Below, one piece after another: positions 1 to 12,940 of a stretch of 64,000 bases of DNA. Origin of the DNA: Callorhinchus milii (Eukaryota). The notes below the pieces were generated by a model. That model was given only the letters and a program-made list of their open reading frames with translations, was not told the origin of the DNA and ran no database searches. Numbering within the stretch: position 1 is the first letter of the stretch; each line of letters starts with the position of its first letter. A program made the translations under genes and the position numbers. The stretch spans positions 96,412,001 to 96,476,000 of the forward strand of contig NW_024704743.1 of NCBI RefSeq assembly GCF_018977255.1. Direction: 5' to 3'.

Positions 1-37
1 TTAGAGAGTGCTCCTTACGCAGGGTATCATCCCAGAG

Positions 38-1430
38 CAACAGCAGCAACAACAACTTGGATTTATATAGTGCCCTCCACGCCAGATGGCGTCTCAAAGC
101 TTCTCAGAGCATAAAAACATAAGAACATAAGAAATAGGAGCAGGAGTAGGCCATTCAGCCCCTCGAGCCTGCCCCGCCATTTAATAGGATCATGGTTGAT
201 CTTCTAACCTAATTCCATTTTCCTGCCCTATCTCCATATCCCTTAATTCCTTTAGTCTTTAAAAACTTGACAGTGGCGGAGCACGAGACCGAGCTGGGGG
301 GAGGGTGGAGGGATAGAGGAAGAGTATTCCAGAGTTTCGGGGCGTAGTGGCTGAAAGTGCAGCCATCAGTGACGGTGTATGAGGGATATGCAGAAGGCTG
401 AAGTCAGTCGAGCGGAGGCAGCAGGTTATGGGTTGGGGGGTAAGCATGTCGGAGAGGTAGGTAGGTGCCAGGGCATGATGAGATTTAAAATGAGTGTGAG
501 GATTTTGAAATCGATCCATTTGGTGCTGGGGAGCCACTGGAACCTGGATAGAAATGCTGTGATGGGGGTACGGAGTTTAGTGCGGGTGAGTATATGGGCG
601 GCAGTGTTTTGGATCAGCTGGGTCCTGTACATGGTGGAGCTGGGGATACTGGCAAAGAGGGGATTTGAGAAGTCGAGTTGGGAGGTGACGAATGCATGGA
701 CGCGTGTTTTGGCTGCGTCTGGGATAAGGCACATTTAGATATGGGCAATGTGGCAGAGGTGGAGGAAGGCGGTCCTGATTGGGGACCAGACGTGGGGAAG
801 GAAAGTCAGCTGTGGGTCGAACCTAATGTCTAGTAGGCGCCCTGGTTCAGTAAGCCTGAGAGAGAGGCTGGGGAGGTTGAGGAAGTCAGAGGCACAGGAT
901 GGAAGACGTTGACATGTACCAATGAAAATGGCTTCCGTCTTGTCAACATTTAGTGGTTGGAAGTATTCACTCATCCAGGCCCTGATATCAGCCAGACAAG
1001 CTGACAGAACATTGGTGGACCTGGAGTTGCATCTTGAGGAGGAGAAGTAGATTTGTGTGTCATCTGCATATATGTGGAAGTTTACCCCATGTCTTTGGAT
1101 GACCTCGCCAAGAAGGAAAATATAGATGACGAAGTGGAGGGGGCTAAGGATGGAGCCCCGGGGTACATCACAGGTGACCGGGTGGGGGCGGGAAGAGCAA
1201 CCGTTTGAGGAGCTAAAGTGAAAGCAGTTTGTAAGGTAGGACTTGAACCATGCTATTGCGGTCCCACTGAGGTGGATGACGGAGGAGAGGCAGTGGATGA
1301 GGATGGCGTGGTTGACTGTGTCAAACGTGGCGGAGAGGTCCAGGAGGATGAGGAGGCAGAGAGAGTCCTGGTCACAGAGAGAGAGAAGACATTGTTTGTG
1401 ACCTCTCTCTCTGTGACCAGGGCTGTGAGC
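38..1430 (-). mobile_element. L2-clade LINE, 5'-truncated, with RT remnant
   Basis: ORFs 735-1577 and 426-734 contain LLDLSATFDTVNH, HIYADDTQIY and HAFVTSQLDFSN; GTT-repeat tail at 38-60. Confidence 0.88.
112..264 (-). mobile_element. CR1-type LINE 3' end nested in the L2 3'UTR
   Basis: cataagaacataagaaataggagcaggagtaggccattcagcccctcgagcctg is the reverse complement of the CR1 tail at 28560-28655; L2 3'UTR resumes at ~265. Confidence 0.7.
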
Positions 1431-1917
1431 TAAAACCAATATCATATGTCTTTGATTCTGGTTATCCAATGGAACTTCCATTATCTTTAGTAATGGAGGC
1501 TCCTGGTGGATAGATGAAATTAGAGCGTGACAACAAAAACTTTCTGGGGTTGCTGAGCAGCATCGACAGTAGTGCAATTTTTAAAGATTTTGAGTAAGGG
1601 AGGAATGGCAAGTGCAAATTTGGGAAATTCTTAAAAAGAATATTTTTAAGAAAATTTCCATTGGGAAAAGAGCTTCTCAGGACCAAGCTAGAACAAGAAC
1701 CTATATTTTGGTTGTTTAATTGAATCCTTTTGCAAAAGATGTTTCGATCTGAAGGACAACTTGAGTCTTTCCTTTAACAAGTATATAATTTGGTACCTAA
1801 ACAATGTACAACTTGCCTTTTTGTGTTTGGAGGATGTCTCAAAGCACTTTGCACAGCTGGCTGGGTACGCAAACCAAGGGAAGCTGAGGGAGAGGGGAAG
1901 ATGACAGAAAACGCAGA

Positions 1918-2238
1918 TAATAATAATAATAATAATCCTTGCATTTGATATTGCGCTTTTCACGTCGGGAGGACGTCCAAAGCGCTTCACAGAACACACT
2001 GTAAAGTGAATTGACTGTATATTTGTGGGCGAACGCGGCAGCCAATTGCGCACAGCAATGTCCCACAAACAGTCGTAGATTGAAAATGACCAATTTTATT
2101 ATTGTTTTGGTTTTTTGGAGGGATTATTATTAGGTGTGTGGAGTAAGGAAACTTGCCCAAGGTTTCGCCCTGCCTGGAATTGAACTCAGGTCTCTTGCTT
2201 ACAAAGCAAGTGCTCTAACCACTGAGCTACAGGACTCC
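1918..2238 (-). mobile_element. tRNA-headed Deu/L2-tail SINE, full length
   Basis: Head GGAGTCCTGTAGCTCAGTGGTTAGAGCAC, B-box, Deu-like block ctgtttgtgggacattgctgtgcgcaattggctgcc, L2-like 3' end, (TTA)n tail. Confidence 0.9.
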
Positions 2239-2284
2239 TGTACAGGGCTACAGATGAAGGGGCATTCATATTGTCATTCATAAA

Positions 2285-2640
2285 ATCCAATTAATTCAAA
2301 ACTCCGCCACCTGTATCCTCACCCATACTAAATTTTGCACCATGTTAACCCTGTCCTGGCCAGACTCACTGACTCCCTATTGCAGAATGGGTTGATTTCA
2401 AGATCCTCAGACTCAGGAACAAACATTTCATGCCTTGGCACCTCCTTACTTTTCTGGTCCACTCATGTCCTACTCTACTACTTGCCACTTTAGCTTAGCT
2501 AGTTCCAGCCTCCTGCACATCCCTCATCTCCTCATTGCACCATCAGCAGCTATGCTTTCATCCACTACACCCCAAGACTCTAGGGTTCTTTGCCTCAATC
2601 CCTCTGACGTGTCCCCTCCTTATCCATCTTCAGACGTCTG
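2285..2640 (+). mobile_element. L2 LINE 3' ORF2 fragment
   Basis: Collinear with the L2 copies at 17921-18529 and 34640-35010 (caaaactccgcc...gatttcaagatcctc). Confidence 0.7.
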
Positions 2641-2656
2641 CCAGTGCCGATGGTTT

Positions 2657-3031
2657 GAGTCATGTAGCATAGTGGTTACAGCACTTGCGTCACAAGCGAG
2701 AGGACCTGGGTTCGATTTCTGGGCAGGGCAAAATCTTAGGCAAATTTCCTTACTTCACACAGCGACACATGCCTGTTTATCTAGAAGTAAATAGGAGCCT
2801 GCTTGTTAGTCGATTGGCGGATCGCTTTTCCATGGGTAATAATCTCTTCAAAATAATAATAATGTGGTCACTCAATTCACGACTGTTTATGGGACACTGC
2901 TGTGTGCAATTGGCTGCCACATTTTACCCACAAAATAAAGGCAATTCACTTTACAGTTTATTCTGTGAAGTGCTTTGAGAAGTCTTGAAGATGTGATAAG
3001 GCACTATATCAAATGTAAGGATTATTATTAT
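2657..3031 (+). mobile_element. tRNA-headed SINE, longer variant
   Basis: Same head and tail as the other copies plus an extra central segment gcctgtttatctagaagtaaatagg...gattggcggatcgc. Confidence 0.85.
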
Positions 3032-3779
3032 CATAGATCACACCTGATGACATTCCTATGACATTCCTGATAACCGTGATTTCGGTCACCTTCTCCTATC
3101 TACCTGGCTCAGTGTCAAGCTCCGCCACTGTTAATTGCTTCGAGAGCATGAAGGGCGCTGTATAAATGCAAGTAATTATTGTTGTTACTGTATTTTCACT
3201 TGCACAAGGCAGATGGAACAGCTTCCCCTCTAATGTGCAATACCATTATTTACTGGAACAAATGAGCAGGTGCCCTCCTTCAACAGTGCCAGTCAAGGGC
3301 AACATTCTGAGGAAGTGATAAGGGCAATACGTAACAGGAGGAGTTCCCTTACCTTACACTGTGTAAGCAATAGAATACATTGCTATATTCTGGGAGGAAA
3401 AATATTAAAATTCTCACCAGAAATAAAAACTACCTGTTGAATAATCCCGTGTGAAGTAAAAACATACTCTACAGGTCAACGCTTTAACACTAGACTGCAG
3501 ACAAACTTTTAAATTGTTTTGTGCCAATGAAATCCTAAACTGCCCCAATAACTTTGGTTGGTATGTTATAGTCAAGACATAAAACATTGCTGAAAACCTG
3601 TACTAACAAACCTGTTCTATGTGTCTAACTTCTGAAAACTTTCAAGTAGACCACCCATGACTGTAAACCTCTAATAATAGACAGGAGATATTATTGAAGT
3701 AGCCCAGTGTAGTATTAGATGAGATGTTCTTTATCTAGTCTCCATTGTTTCTCTTATTAGAAATGTGACAAAAATCCCT

Positions 3780-6413
3780 CAAGATCAGATCATTCTTTAT
3801 TGACAAATAAAACATATCCACAGTTAATACAGGAAATCAATAAGCAACAATTAGTTCAAAACAACACACATTTCGGCTACTTGAAAGTACATACAACTTG
3901 TTTTAAAATACCCATCATTTTAAAAGAACATTTTCACAGTGCAAACTGCACAACATAACCTTTCATATGCACTCTTATAAATACCAATGACCTAAATTAG
4001 TAAATAACATTACATCTACTATTGCTACATCTATAAAGTTGACACACTTATTTGGCAAAGTGCTGTATTTATTCTGTAACCTGGATTATGATGCAAGTCA
4101 ACCGAGTGACCCCCAAGTCCCAAAATGTGTTTACACAATTTTCAGGCTTTCATGCCCAATATCTGGTACATTTCAATAGAAGACTATACAAAGTAACTCT
4201 CAAAGCAAGCTGCCTTCTATGCATAGTTGGATTGGTTTCCTATATTTACATATCATCTTTCATACCTTCAAATTCTTCTTTTGCATCACCAATGAATGTT
4301 GTTCACAAACCAAGTTGCACTGGAAGGCACATAATTAACATAACCAACATGAATCCCTGTATGAAATATTCAGTAATCTAAACTACAGTTTAATAATTTT
4401 GTACAAAACAAACTATTACAACATGTACAAGTTTTGTTCAAAAATTTGAGAGGGATTTGTCCTTTGTTTTAACTGCTCCCTGCCACCACCACAATCAGAC
4501 CTTACAGCACCAATGTGCAGAAATGCTCTGGCATAACTCAGTCAACAAAATAATCAATCTACATACAATGGTGAACAGTAAATTGTTTTAGTTAAAATAC
4601 AAGTTGATTATACTGTCAGTTAACCACAGTAAAATTTCATTTTCCAGGCAGCAGAAAATCTTTCTATACATTTCATCATGGATAAAGTTCCAATTAGGTT
4701 TCACCATAATATTATTAGCGGTAAATATTCAACATTATCATGCAAAAGAAAAAAAAACAAGATTTCTTTTGCAGTGTTTTATTTATACAGTTCAACAGGT
4801 GTCTTCGGAGATGATCTGGGATATCAACTCACAGTTTCCCAAACAACCCAAGGGCATTAAAGGAGGCTATTTACATGACATCAATGATAGCATTGATTTG
4901 GGAATTCAATCGGTATGCTATGGAAAAGGTGATGTATGATGAACTATTTATAGATTTTCTAAAAATCCTGAGATGGGGCAGGTAATCTGTTAACATATTC
5001 AAGGCGAATGTTCGCTTACAAATAAAGTCACTGCACTTCACAGTGAAACACTGTGAAGCACTTGGAGACGTTTCAACGTGATAAGGCGCTATATCAAATG
5101 CAAGGATTATATATTTTTACAATATTTACTCTGACAGAGAGTCGGGTTTAGTTGCTACATACAAAATCAATGTTCTACATACAAAATTAAATATTTCTGA
5201 ATTTGAATCCACTGGCCATTTAAAAAGGAGCTACAGGTATTTGTTTCTATATTGAAATGCATTTCCTTAATTCTACAAAATTCCTACAAAAGTAAAATCT
5301 GGTTTGGTCAAATGAACAACAGAGTAACAGTATACAGGCTCCAGAATGATAATTTCACATTTTTTTCCCTAACCTACCTTTTAATGTTGCACATTAAAGC
5401 AAATCTTAAAATTAAAAGAACAAACCTAAATTATAAAAATACACTCGGGGCAATTACTGTCAGAATCTGCACTTGTCCATCGGCCACAAATGCCCATTAT
5501 TGTTGAAGGAGCCATTCAGAAAACGGGGCAGAAATGAAGGCAGAATTAACATGGGGCATTTTAACTGATAGTGAAGACAGGTTGGCTGTACTGTGATAAG
5601 ATTCCATAGGCAATATAATGCATTAAAAAAGGAAATAAAAGTCATCCTTCATATAAATGCACAGGATTGAGGTATTTCCCTTCATCAAAATGCGTTTGCG
5701 AAACATAACACATCCAAAGAGGGACAAAGTAGAGAACTGGTAACAGGGCAAGCATTAGCTAGAAAGGTCGTGTAAGTGGCCCCTGAGCTTGACTATGTAC
5801 AAATATACTGTATCAATTGTAACTATTTAACTATATAAACACTACCAAATTACACATTTGTAAAAAGTATTGTACATTTTTTTTTATAGGGCTTCCTTGC
5901 GGTCACATATGGACGTTTAGAAACAAAAACTGTGCATCTAGACTGTATTGTCCCTGAGAATCTGTGTTGTGAATTAGGATGGGTTTCATTTTACAAAACA
6001 ATCACAGGTGAAAAGATGTTTTCCATCTCCCGGACAGCAATTGTAACAATTCTGTTCACAGCACACATTTTTTGTAATACAGCTTAATTTCAGAATACAC
6101 ACACAACACACACATAATGAATCTTCATCTGAGATGGCCATTTTAACAAGCATAACCCTATACAAGTTTTAACAAATTCCAAACAGTTTTAAAAAAGATT
6201 TTACAGTAAAATCCTATCATTTAGAAACAAGGCATTTGGTGATATTGAGTTCAGGATTTTTAAAGCACCCAGAATATAGAATAGAAACCTTAAAATACTT
6301 ATTCCAGATGGTTAATGATCCATGACTTTAAATAAGGAGCCCTAAAAAGAGTTACAAAGATGTACTGCATTTACATCAAGAATCCTATTCAGAACACTAA
6401 AATGATTTGACAA
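3780..6413 (-). other. TP53INP1: TP53INP1 3'UTR
   Basis: AT-rich, nearly repeat-free stretch after the stop, ending at an AATAAA (3796-3801, minus strand). A long 3'UTR is typical of this gene. Confidence 0.6.
3796..3801 (-). terminator. Candidate polyadenylation signal AATAAA of TP53INP1
   Basis: tttatt on + strand at the distal end of the AT-rich UTR-like block. Confidence 0.5.
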
Positions 6414-6660
6414 TTAATTATACTGGCGCTGGCAAGGCTGGTGTAGAACGTGTCCGCTGTGCTTGGTTTGTCGAGAGCTGGACTCCCTGATAAGGTTTTG
6501 GCGGCGAATGTTGTTGCGGTTTAAGAGGTGCTTTTCGAGGTGCTCTTTTGCACGCTGACTGTGACGGATCTGATTGGCTTGTTCCAGGAAACTAGTGTGA
6601 GCGGCAAGAGCAGCTGCATAACAACGAATATGGTGGCTCACCCTGGCTGGTGATTCTGTT
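6414..6660 (-). CDS. TP53INP1: TP53INP1 last coding exon
   Basis: Acceptor tttattccag at 6661; (R)TESPARVSHHIRCYAAALAAHTSFLEQ...RRQNL...HQPCQRQYN* matches the TP53INP1-alpha C-terminus. Total CDS 118+343+247=708 nt, 235 aa. Confidence 0.94.
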
Positions 6661-7613
6661 CTGGAATAAAAGGAAAGTCAAGGAAATTGTCAATCGGATC
6701 AAATCGACTGAATCATCAATAATCAGTTTTATTCAGCACACAGTAGTTTTATTCCATTATTTAATTCAACACCAGTGCCATATATTATGCACTATATGTG
6801 CACCCATTTTCATGCACCATTTCAAAATATCAGCAATTGAACTTAACAAGTATAAGACATCATTCATTATTATTATTGATACACATTCACATTCTAAATG
6901 ATGCTGCAAGATTACCCAAATTTCAAAATTGTTTTTTTTTTAAAAAGTTTACTTCTGATCCAAGGAACATTAAAGTCTGTTAAAAATGTCTTTAACCTCT
7001 AAATATGATTTTATTCAGTGAAAGACGATTGGTAAAAAAAAAACTCCCAAACTTGTTTTTTTTAAACCCGAAGTTGCAGGGCTTTTTTTTCAGGATCCAG
7101 GATTGTGCAAGCACATCCCAAAAACAGCTTGGCTGCATTGTTCCAGGAATGCGAGTGCATCCAAAACCTACCTTGTTGATACCGTGGAACCAGCTTCCAT
7201 ACACAACTAAGCCAGGCTGACACCTTTAGTGTTGCAGTGAGTGAACATTTATGTGATACATGTGGAAACCCATCACCATGCTTAGGGGTATCCAGACCAA
7301 ACTGAGAATTCCATGCATCCCACCTACACATGGAAATTCCAGAGACGGATTGTTGGAATGGAATATGCACTCTCTCCCTGGAGGGACACATCCTGCTTCC
7401 TGACTGCAGCCAGATGGATTGACATGTGCACTCATACACACAAACACATACACACACCCAACCATCAATTAACAATCTATAATTTAAATAGAAATCATTC
7501 TCAGTATGCTATGTTTCCCACTGTAAATGTGGGTAGACTGCAGTGTATGGGAGTCTACGAAATTTCATTTCTTAGACTCCCCACACACAGTGAAGAATAA
7601 AAGAACTGGGTCC

Positions 7614-7910
7614 ACATTGTAAATTGACTGTATATTTTGTGGGTGAAACGCAGCAGCCAATTGTGCATAGCAGAAGCCTACAATCAGTCGTGGATTGAAA
7701 TGACCAATTTCTTATTATCTTTTTTTGAAGGAATTATTATCCACGGGAAAGCGATTCGCCAATCAACTAACAACCGGGTTCCTACTTACTGCTAGATGAA
7801 CTGAGGCGTGTGGAGTAAGGAAACTTGCCTAACGTTTCACCCCGCCGGGGATAAAACCCAGGTCTCTCGCTTGCGAGGCAAGTGCTCTAACCACTGAGCT
7901 ACAGGACTCC
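7614..7910 (-). mobile_element. tRNA-headed SINE, longer variant, 3'-truncated
   Basis: Head ends at 7910 (gctacaggactcc); central and Deu blocks present. Confidence 0.85.
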
Positions 7911-7959
7911 ATTTGTAGCCACAGGTACTAGAAGGTGAATCCATTGAGACATTGGCAAT

Positions 7960-8320
7960 TACAGCATCTGGCTCTTTGTCGTATTCTCTCCTCATAGGTT
8001 CAAGCTCCACTTCTAGATTGACACTCCAATGCAATGCTGGTGGACTCCTCATTGTCAGAGCTGCCATTCTTCAGATGAGACATTAAACTGATGACCCATT
8101 TGCTATTTCAGGTGGACATTAAAGGTCAAATGGTACTATTTGAACTAGAAGGGAGTTTCTCCTGGTGTTCTGGCCAATAATCCTCCAGATGAAAATTATT
8201 CATTAATTTAGGTGTTTGCAGAACATTGCTGTGTGCAAATTGACTGCTCTGTTTGCCCACAATTTTACAGTAAATCCTGTAAAGCACTTTGAGATGTCTT
8301 GAGATGTCTTGATGACCTGA
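7960..8320 (+). mobile_element. Older DeuSINE (SacSINE1/AmnSINE-like)
   Basis: cagatgagacattaaac...caggtggacattaaa...ggagtttctcctggtgttctggccaa; related copies near 22840-23120, 36500-36800, 37330-37725 and 51075-51360. Confidence 0.65.
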
Positions 8321-11300
8321 CATTAAATTAATATTAAATTAATACTAATTTATGCAATTCAGATCCCCTACCGTATCTGCCTTAGATATATGCCAAACTG
8401 GGCCAGCAGTGCAGCTAATCTAATAAAAAAAACATCCCTTTCCTGTTCATAGCCTCATTCTGGATAGGTTTCCACAGCTACTTCCCACCATCCCAGTACC
8501 TTGCTAATGCCCATTCACATGGGGAGTTTAGACATCCAAGAAGAATTGGGAGGGGGGAAGCTGGTAAACAGAGTCTCCTTGGAGCTGAGCTGGTAATATG
8601 CTTGATAACAGAATGTTGGAATTGCATCAACCCTCTATTGAGGTCTCAATAGTCTGGTTCCTGAGCCAGGCAGGTCCACAGTACTCCAAACTAGACATCC
8701 TGGCTCTTCAATAGGACTTGGAGGAACAGGTAGCTCACCAAGGACAGACTCCTATTAAGTCTGCAAGCTAAAACCCTTATAGTGCTAGCTGTACAAGCAG
8801 CAGGGAGCTTGCCAGTCAGTGTTCACAATGGCGCACTATATGGTTTTAGCTGGTTAAACTCCAGCAGCACCCCAATGCACACTCCTGGGTCCCCAAGCCT
8901 TCGTGCTGCCAATCTGCACCTAATATGCTCTAGGATTACGTAAGCAGGATGTGTCTTTGCGGGGAAAGAATGCAGATTCCATGTCAGAAAAAGAAAAATT
9001 TCCATGCAGATGTGGATGAATAACCTTGAGCATGGTGATGGGTTTTGAAGTGTGTCAGACATTTAGCTGTCTTATAAAAAGCTCATCTTATGCATGCACA
9101 TAATGGGCCTTCATTAGGAAACATTCAACTCTACAGCAATTTTTTTTAAATGAATGAATAATAAGCTTTTTTCCACAATCATATAGCTTGCCATTGTGAA
9201 CACTGGCTGGCATGCTTCCTGCTGCTTTCCACAAGCAAAGTCATCTTGGAATATTATTTAATATATGTAAATATATTTAAATTCCTTTCTTCCCTCTCCT
9301 CCTCTTCCCCCATGAGGAATTAATAACTATTCTAAAATAAAAAATAACTCTTCAATACCCAACACGTTACAGGATATGGAGAGACATTTGATTCCTGAAA
9401 AGGTGCACATTACCTTTAAATATCACCACAAACATCTAAGCATACCAAACTTGTGTAGTCTAATCACTGGGTTTGGTTCAAACACAGAGCAAGGAACCAA
9501 AATAATTGTTTTTAAGGAAATGCTGCAAGCTGGATACTGTTAATAACTGTGTCTAACCTCCACAATCTCTTTTTCTATTAAAACCAAACAAATGACATTA
9601 CTATGATATACCACATATAGATGTAAATCAGGTTTGTCGACAATATCACTATCGTGTCAACCTTACCGAAAGGAGTCATTGCAGAAAGGTTAGTGCAATA
9701 GCTTTTCGTCTCCCAATCAAATAGAGAAGCAAACAAGAGGCACCGACATTATCTGGCAGCCACTTACACCATCTCAGAGAAGGCTCACTTCGGACCCAAT
9801 CTACAAGCAATCTACCTCGCAAAGAAAAACGTGTGGACTGCAGAAACAAAGATGTGCGAGTCTTTGTGCAGTCACCGATGTTACAAGCACATCTGGTTGG
9901 GTTACATTTCAAAAGTCCCTCTGCAGCATTCCTTTTAAAATAATAAAAGAACAAAGTTCTCGTCCACAGTGAAACTATCTAGAATTCCTAGTGTTGCTAT
10001 ATGAAGAAATGGATTCCCTTCCTCCAATGAAGAGCAGTTTACAGAGTAATACAGCTACTAATATGTCCACCTGATCTGGAAATACTATTTTTTTTTCCCT
10101 ACCTGATATTTAAAAAGTCTAAAACTCTCTGTGAAGTAACATGATACAGTAATATGGGAACAGAAGACCATCAGCCCATCAAAACAGTTCTACCATTTTA
10201 TTAGCTCTTTTAATCCCATGTTCTTATCCTTTTTCCAAAGCCAAGTATTCATCTATCCCTCCGAATATCAATTCTTCCTTTTTCAGCCTTCTAGGGTAAC
10301 GCATGGGGGTAGGGTGGTTAGTCGTGTCTCCTTGGAGCTGAACTGGCTCCAAGGTGACATGCCTGCCAACAGAATGTCAGAAACAAGCCAGCCCTCTGTG
10401 GTGGTCTCAGTAATCCACTTCCTGAACCAGACAGCAATATCAACGGCAACACAAACTCTGGGCTCCTCAAACCTTGGCTCTTCCCAATCTGCACCTCGTA
10501 CTTTCTGGAATTAAGTCAAAAGGATGCGTACTTTCAGCTAGAGAGTGCACAGTCCATTCCAACAATCTATCTCTGGGATTTCCATGTGTAGGTGGGATGC
10601 ATGGAAATCTCAGCTTGGCTCGGATACTCTTAAGCTTGTGTCAGACATCCGGTTGAGCAAAAAAAGGTAATGCATTCCACATTTTCACATTGTGTTCTTT
10701 TAATAAATGTTTTCTGATCTAACTTTTAACTGGCTTAGCTCTAAAAAGTTTATGTTTTAAGCCTTGCATTGCTTATGCTGTGTAAAGTAACACAACCACT
10801 GGATGGTAGAGGACTCCTCCCGAGCAGTGATTTCTTCCTTTCCACCTGAACCACTGCCATCTTTGATTCTTTGTTCAGATGAGTGTTATTGTAAAATGTA
10901 GCCCCTGAAGGGGCTTCTAAAAAAACGCTTCTTTAATATTTGTTTTCTAGGGTTGAATTGGTGAGGAGGGGTGCAATCCATGTTCCTCCAGGCACAATGT
11001 TTGTTGTATTTTTTTTTTAAAAAAAATTTGGACCCAAGACCTCAGACTTTGGCTGCCCATTGAATTCTGGGCTTGGGGAAGTCCATTTTGCCACTCCTTG
11101 GCAGATCAACCAGATCACACAACGTTAGAAATCCAACTAGAGGCTGGAATTTGCCCTCACTTCAAGGGAATAAAAGATGGCAGTGATGCAGGTCTGAAAA
11201 GAAGAAACCACTTCTGTGAGGGATGTACTGCCATCTGGTGCTCCTTTTCACTAGTATGAAAGTAAATCAGAAAGTAATGGAGGCACAGTATATGAAATTG

Positions 11301-11467
11301 TAACTGGGATTGAAATAGTAAACTCAGAATTACATTCTCAAGTATGACAAGGTAGCAGAACAAAAGGGCACAGACACAGGGTTGTGATGGGCAATTTCAA
11401 GACACTTATCAGAAAGCATTTCTATAATAATACTTACATTTGATATAGAGCCTTATCACGTCATTGA

Positions 11468-11783
11468 GATAATAATAATAATCCTTGCATTTGATATAGC
11501 GCTTTTCACGTCGGGAGGACGTCCCAAAGCGCTTCACAAAACACATTGTAAAGTGAATTGACTGTATATTTGTGGGCGAACGCAGCAGCCAATTGCGCAC
11601 AGCAATGTCCCACAAACAGTCGTAGATTGAAAATGACCAATTTATTATTGTTTTTGGTTTTGGAGGGATTATTATTAGGCGTGTGGAGTAAGGAAACTTG
11701 CCCAAGGTTTCGCCCTGCCTGGAATTGAATTCAGGTCTTTCACTTGCAAAGCGAGTGCTCTAACCACTGAGCTACAGGACTCC
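11468..11783 (-). mobile_element. tRNA-headed SINE, full length
   Basis: Nearly identical to 1918-2238; further SINE fragments on both sides (11425-11467, 11790-11900). Confidence 0.9.
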
Positions 11784-12737
11784 ACATACAGATGTCCCAA
11801 AGCGTTTCACAGAATATAATGTAAAGTGAATTGACTGTATATTTTGTGGGTGAAATACGGCAGCGAATTGCACTCAGCAGTGGCCCACTAACAGTCGTGA
11901 CCAAATTTCCCTACATAGAGAGCAATTAATGATCGCAATAAATTACTAGGAAGGATAATTGAGGCCAGGAGTCATTTAAGAAACAGCTCGATGCTATAAT
12001 GGGAAAATGGGAAGGTGGATATTCTGGAAGAATGAAATTAAAAGGGTCTTCTCCATCTGAACCCCTCTTGTAATCTTGTGAACATTATCAAAGGCTTAAA
12101 ACATCAAACATATTACTCCTAGGATGTTCTGGATTCCTCTACCAGAGTGAAGAGAATTCTGAGGTTTTAATTACCAGGAGCAACTCAGGGTCTGTAACAG
12201 CATTTCATATGTTCAATACATTCGCAGAATGTGTGTTTGCAGAGAAAGCATTTGTAATAAGTGTCTGTCTCAAATTGTCATGATTGAAAAATACCTAAGA
12301 GCGCTTTTGAATACTAATTAAACATTGCTTGCGGGGAACTGGTTAATTGCCTTTCAATGTAACCAATGGTGTAGTGTTGGTCTATCGCTACTTAGCATGC
12401 AGTAGCAGTGCTCATACTCCTGTGTCCGATTGCAGGTTTCCCAGCACAAAAATATGGTGACATTAACAAAATAGCCCAAATCACTGAATCTAGAACTAGC
12501 CTGCTGTTGCAGCTCAGTTTCAGTACAAAATTCAAGACTGTGGTGACACTGCAAGAGCATTCTGACCAGAGGAATAAGAAACAGCTGTAAAAACCTCACA
12601 GTAACAAAAGGAATGACTTAAACTCATGGATCTAGTTCCCCTTTAACATCTCTTCAATATAATTCAACCATATCAATACTCAGACATTAAGACAGTTCAT
12701 GTTTTTTTTCCTATAATAGTCGTACTATAATTTGCTT

Positions 12738-12940
12738 TTAAAGACTTGACGTTTACCTTTTCTCTTTGACCGTGCCTTCAGCTCCCCTCTTGACTCTCTA
12801 CCCCCTCCTCGCTCCCTCCCTTCCCTCCCCTCACCCTGACTATTTCCCCCCTGCTCGGGTCCTGACCCAACTGTACAGCCCCTTGGAATGTCCTCCCGAC
12901 GTGAAAGGCGCTCAATAAATGGAATCTTGTTGTTGTTGTT
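12738..12940 (+). mobile_element. L2 LINE 3' tail
   Basis: tcctcccgacgtgaaaggcgct...(TTG)n terminus shared with 22540-22586 and 62925-62985. Confidence 0.7.

Noticed and set aside
1623..1659. AT-rich inverted repeat ttcttaaaaa/tttttaagaa
   Set aside because: Short, low-complexity and without supporting context.
5610..5625. miR-155 site in the TP53INP1 3'UTR
   Set aside because: Only a 6-mer match (taatgc), expected by chance.
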